Below, one piece after another: positions 60,905 to 64,000 of a stretch of DNA of 64,000 bases. Under the pieces are notes generated by a model. It did not search any database, was not told the DNA's origin, and saw only the letters and a list, made by a program, of their open reading frames with translations. Origin of the DNA: Psammoneis japonica. Taxonomy: Eukaryota. Position 1 is the stretch's first letter, and each line of letters opens with the position of its first letter. The stretch covers positions 310,001 through 374,000 of the forward strand of contig QPGO01000017.1 of NCBI GenBank assembly GCA_008632985.1, written 5' to 3'. A program made the position numbers and the translations under genes.

Positions 60905-62670
60905 CGGAGTTTCAATTCAAGCCATCGTCAGCTGATGCATGCGCTCGTTGCTTGCTTTGGTTTTTTTTTTTGTGGAGGCATCCAGTCTGTGCCACGTCCG
61001 TGGTTCATGTCTTCTGGCTTCTGATCGTGTTGAAGAATCCACAGCCGCACACCAACCGCATGCATCAGCATGAAAAGTGGGACGGCTCTTTGTTGAGGTC
61101 ACCTTGCTGGTCCAACAAGATGTGCACAGCCGCCATTTTTTGTTTGGCTTTGAGCTTTGAGCACGTTGGCGATGACTCACACGCTCATCTGGAGGAGCTG
61201 CTTTGAAAACTCTGTGCTGTGTGCCAACTGCAGTCTGACAATTTGCGACAATTAGCAGGACAATGCAGAGTGCAATGCTGTGCATGCACACACTGTGACA
61301 AAACAAGCTGCAACTTTGGCTCGCCACAGCTGTGCTGCGCAGCAATGCTGCTGTGCTGGGGGAACAAAAGGCAAATGACCATGGCTTGAACTTTTGACTC
61401 ACAACCAAAGAATGATTGCCACAATTGATGCCATTAAAGTGACAGATGATTTGAAGGTCAAAAGTTTTGTCCGGTCTTCACCACCATGGAGCTCAACTGA
61501 AGTTGTTTCAGCCACCTGCACATCGTGAGACACAAATCCTCAGCTTTGCCCTGAGGACACATCAAAGTTGTGGCTTCTGTGGAACTTCCAAAGTCACATG
61601 TTCAACACACTGGATGTTTCAAATCCCTGGCCACACTCTGCTTTGCAAACATTGCCAAAAAGGGCTTTTGAGAAGGGGAGAAATGTTTGTTGACATCACA
61701 CAGAGGATCACGGAAGAGGGGAGGACAAAAGAACAGCTCAAAGAGTTTGATGCAGCAAAAAGAGCTGCCCCAAGCTAAAACAACACTGATGAGCAACAAA
61801 GATGCATGCCCACAAATGCGCTGGCCGGAGCTCCATGGGGCAAGCAAGCTTCTCTGCACACCCATGTGACCCCACTCCCACTGATTTCAGCTGACCTGTG
61901 GCTCTGGCAGAGCTCACAAAATGCCATGAAAACACAACAGAACATTCTGTCTTTGTCCAATGGCAAAGTGTCAACAGCTGTGTTCACTGCCAGCCACAGG
62001 AAAGTGAGAACACTGAGACAAATTTGGCGTGCCAACATTTGTGCAGGAAATCAACATGATGTTGCTGCTCTCTCTTTCATCATGGATGACAGCACATCAT
62101 GTCCTGGTCTTGCCACAAAATGCAGCATGTGTCATCTCTCTCAACTCACAATTGTGAATGGGAATGTCAGCCATTGCCAGTGAGAAAAAGTGATGAAAGC
62201 TTGTTGGCGGTGGGAAAGAAGAGCCGGTGCAAAAGAAGCCAAGAGACGAGGCACAAAACAATGTGCTTTTTCAGAGAGAGGCAGAATGTCTTGATGTGGT
62301 CTTTCAACAGACTGCACAGTTGCTGAGAGCTTCAAATGCATTGTTGGAAGCTGTTGCTGGTCACGGGTGTTGCCACGTTCTCTTGGCAGATTTTGGGGTG
62401 TGAAAGTTTTGTGAGTTGCTGAAGTGCCTTTGCAAAGTCAAAACCCAAAACTGTTGCAGCAGCTCACATGTGGCAGCCAGAAGCACTGGGGTGAGCATTG
62501 GTTGCTTCTCAACACGGCCAAGGTTTTGTGCAGCTGCCATGAAAAAATCACGGCAGCAGGTGATCAAATCGTGGCATGCTTTGTGTGGTTGTTCTGAGAA
62601 CTGACATTGTTGAATGAAAACTGCTCTCTTTGAATTGACTGCTTTTGCAGGGAAGAAACCACTGGAGAGT
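60905..62670. other. Second TpA-depleted, partly CpG-depleted hypermutated tract
   Basis: Only three TpA seen in ~1.77 kb (ttag ~61253, ttaa ~61435, ctaa ~61776), and none between ~61780 and 62670. Confidence 0.9.
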
Positions 62671-62995
62671 GTAGAGGAACTGCCACTGGGGGCCTCAGCA
62701 AGATTGTTGGGAGGTCCTCGACAACAACCGAAGAGGGGGTGGTCACCGGTCATCATAGTCCCGCAAAAATTGCAAATTTTCAAAACCATGTAGAGATTTA
62801 CACATCGTCGTAGTAGGACACATCAATCTATTTATGCCCAAAAACACACGATACTGTACTTCATGACATCTATCCCGAATTGCAATCGGAGATTTTGGGT
62901 CGGGAGGCGTTGTTAAAGACATCACACAACCAAACAACTCAGAGAACAGCGCTGCGGGTCAGTACTCCGTCAAACATTTTTCTAATCTAGAAAGT

Positions 62996-63448
62996 ATGCG
63001 TTGCGAAACAAACCAAACCGTGATTGCCGATTTTCGTGCAGCGTTCCTTTCTGATGAAGATTCATCTATGTCTGATATCTCTGAGAGTTGGATTTGCGAA
63101 ATGTGTTCCTATGATAACGCAGATCCAACCAATTCAATGTGCTCTGTCTGTGGCGTATTGCAAGAATACACCTTGACGACCACCTTGTGTGAAGACGTCC
63201 CGTCTTACGGCGATGGTGACATTTCCACTATGACCGGCATCTCGACAACCAAGTCAAACCGAGAAAAGACCAACGACGCGATTTCAAAGATTCTGTCGAC
63301 GTCCTTCAACGGTAGACGTAGGGAAGAGGACGCAGTTAATGATATGCTCCGCAAAATGTCGAAAAAGAGGCTTCGATCGATCCATCGGAAAAAGGAAAGA
63401 AAAGGACAGCTCCCCCAACACGGCGACGTCAGGCCCCAACAGAACTGA
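62996..63448 (+). CDS. RanBP2-type zinc-finger protein fragment (may continue, degenerate, past 63448)
   Basis: WICEMCSYDNADPTNSMCSVCG fits W-x-C-x2-C-x3-N-x6/7-C-x2-C; downstream frames are interrupted. Confidence 0.5.
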   Translation: MRCETNQTVIADFRAAFLSDEDSSMSDISESWICEMCSYDNADPTNSMCSVCGVLQEYTLTTTLCEDVPSYGDGDISTMTGISTTKSNREKTNDAISKILSTSFNGRRREEDAVNDMLRKMSKKRLRSIHRKKERKGQLPQHGDVRPQQN

Positions 63449-64000
63449 TGGATCCGAGTCTGATACAAGCATCAAGAGCGAATTGTCGCATTCTTTTTCA
63501 TTCATAAGTTGGCTTATCATCTGTAATTCATGACAAAGGAAGGATATGATTTTCATAAGAGACCAGGTTTTATCAATCATCGTAGAAGAAAACAACGAGT
63601 TCAGAACCAGCATACCATAGTACGATACATTGAAACTGCCTTATCCATCACAACGAGGGTGACCTGAACGAATGAAAAAAAGCGCGAATGCGAGATCCAT
63701 AAGACTAGTATCGATCTGTCAAGAGAAATGGGTGAGAACCAAGGCGATGGACGCAAAGGCGAATTGGAACGCGATTCTCGCCCACACGTACATCGTATCT
63801 CATCCCACATATCGCAGGTGCAGTCTCTTTCAACCAGCCGGCCCTCGGGAGGCCAACGAAGCTCAAAAAGCTCAGGAAAGAAATCTTCATCTATATTTGC
63901 GGGTGACCACCCCACTTCACTTGCCAATCCGGTACCCAATGCCCCGATTTTCTGAGCCTCTCTCACTGCATCGCGGATTTCACTTCTAGTCATTTTTTGT

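Overview
Eukaryotic nuclear DNA with short GT-AG introns and a gene set typical of a diatom (stramenopile); the organism is inferred, not proven. The gene-dense core (~8-61 kb) encodes, in order: RPL27A, an HSF, a torsin/LAP1-like membrane AAA-fold protein, DDX11/ChlR1, a second HSF, an ABCC transporter, a ~10 kb secreted Ser/Pro-rich multidomain protein, a TLDc protein, a secreted 2OG-oxygenase-like/ankyrin protein, a P4-ATPase pseudogene, ClpP, a kynurenine-type aminotransferase, a HIG1 protein, an EF-hand alternative oxidase, an SDR pseudogene, a plastid-targeted protein and TFIIE-beta. Many conserved genes carry isolated 1-bp frameshifts, most likely assembly indels, and there is an N gap at 18968-19082. 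The most striking signal is two tracts (1-~6530 and ~60905-62670) that have lost almost all TpA and most CpG and are rich in CpA/TpG. Paralogous copies and a decayed Harbinger-like motif suggest directional TpA->CpA/TpG change alongside CpG decay. This may be a repeat-targeted hypermutation process running opposite to fungal RIP. All counts and alignments were done by eye.
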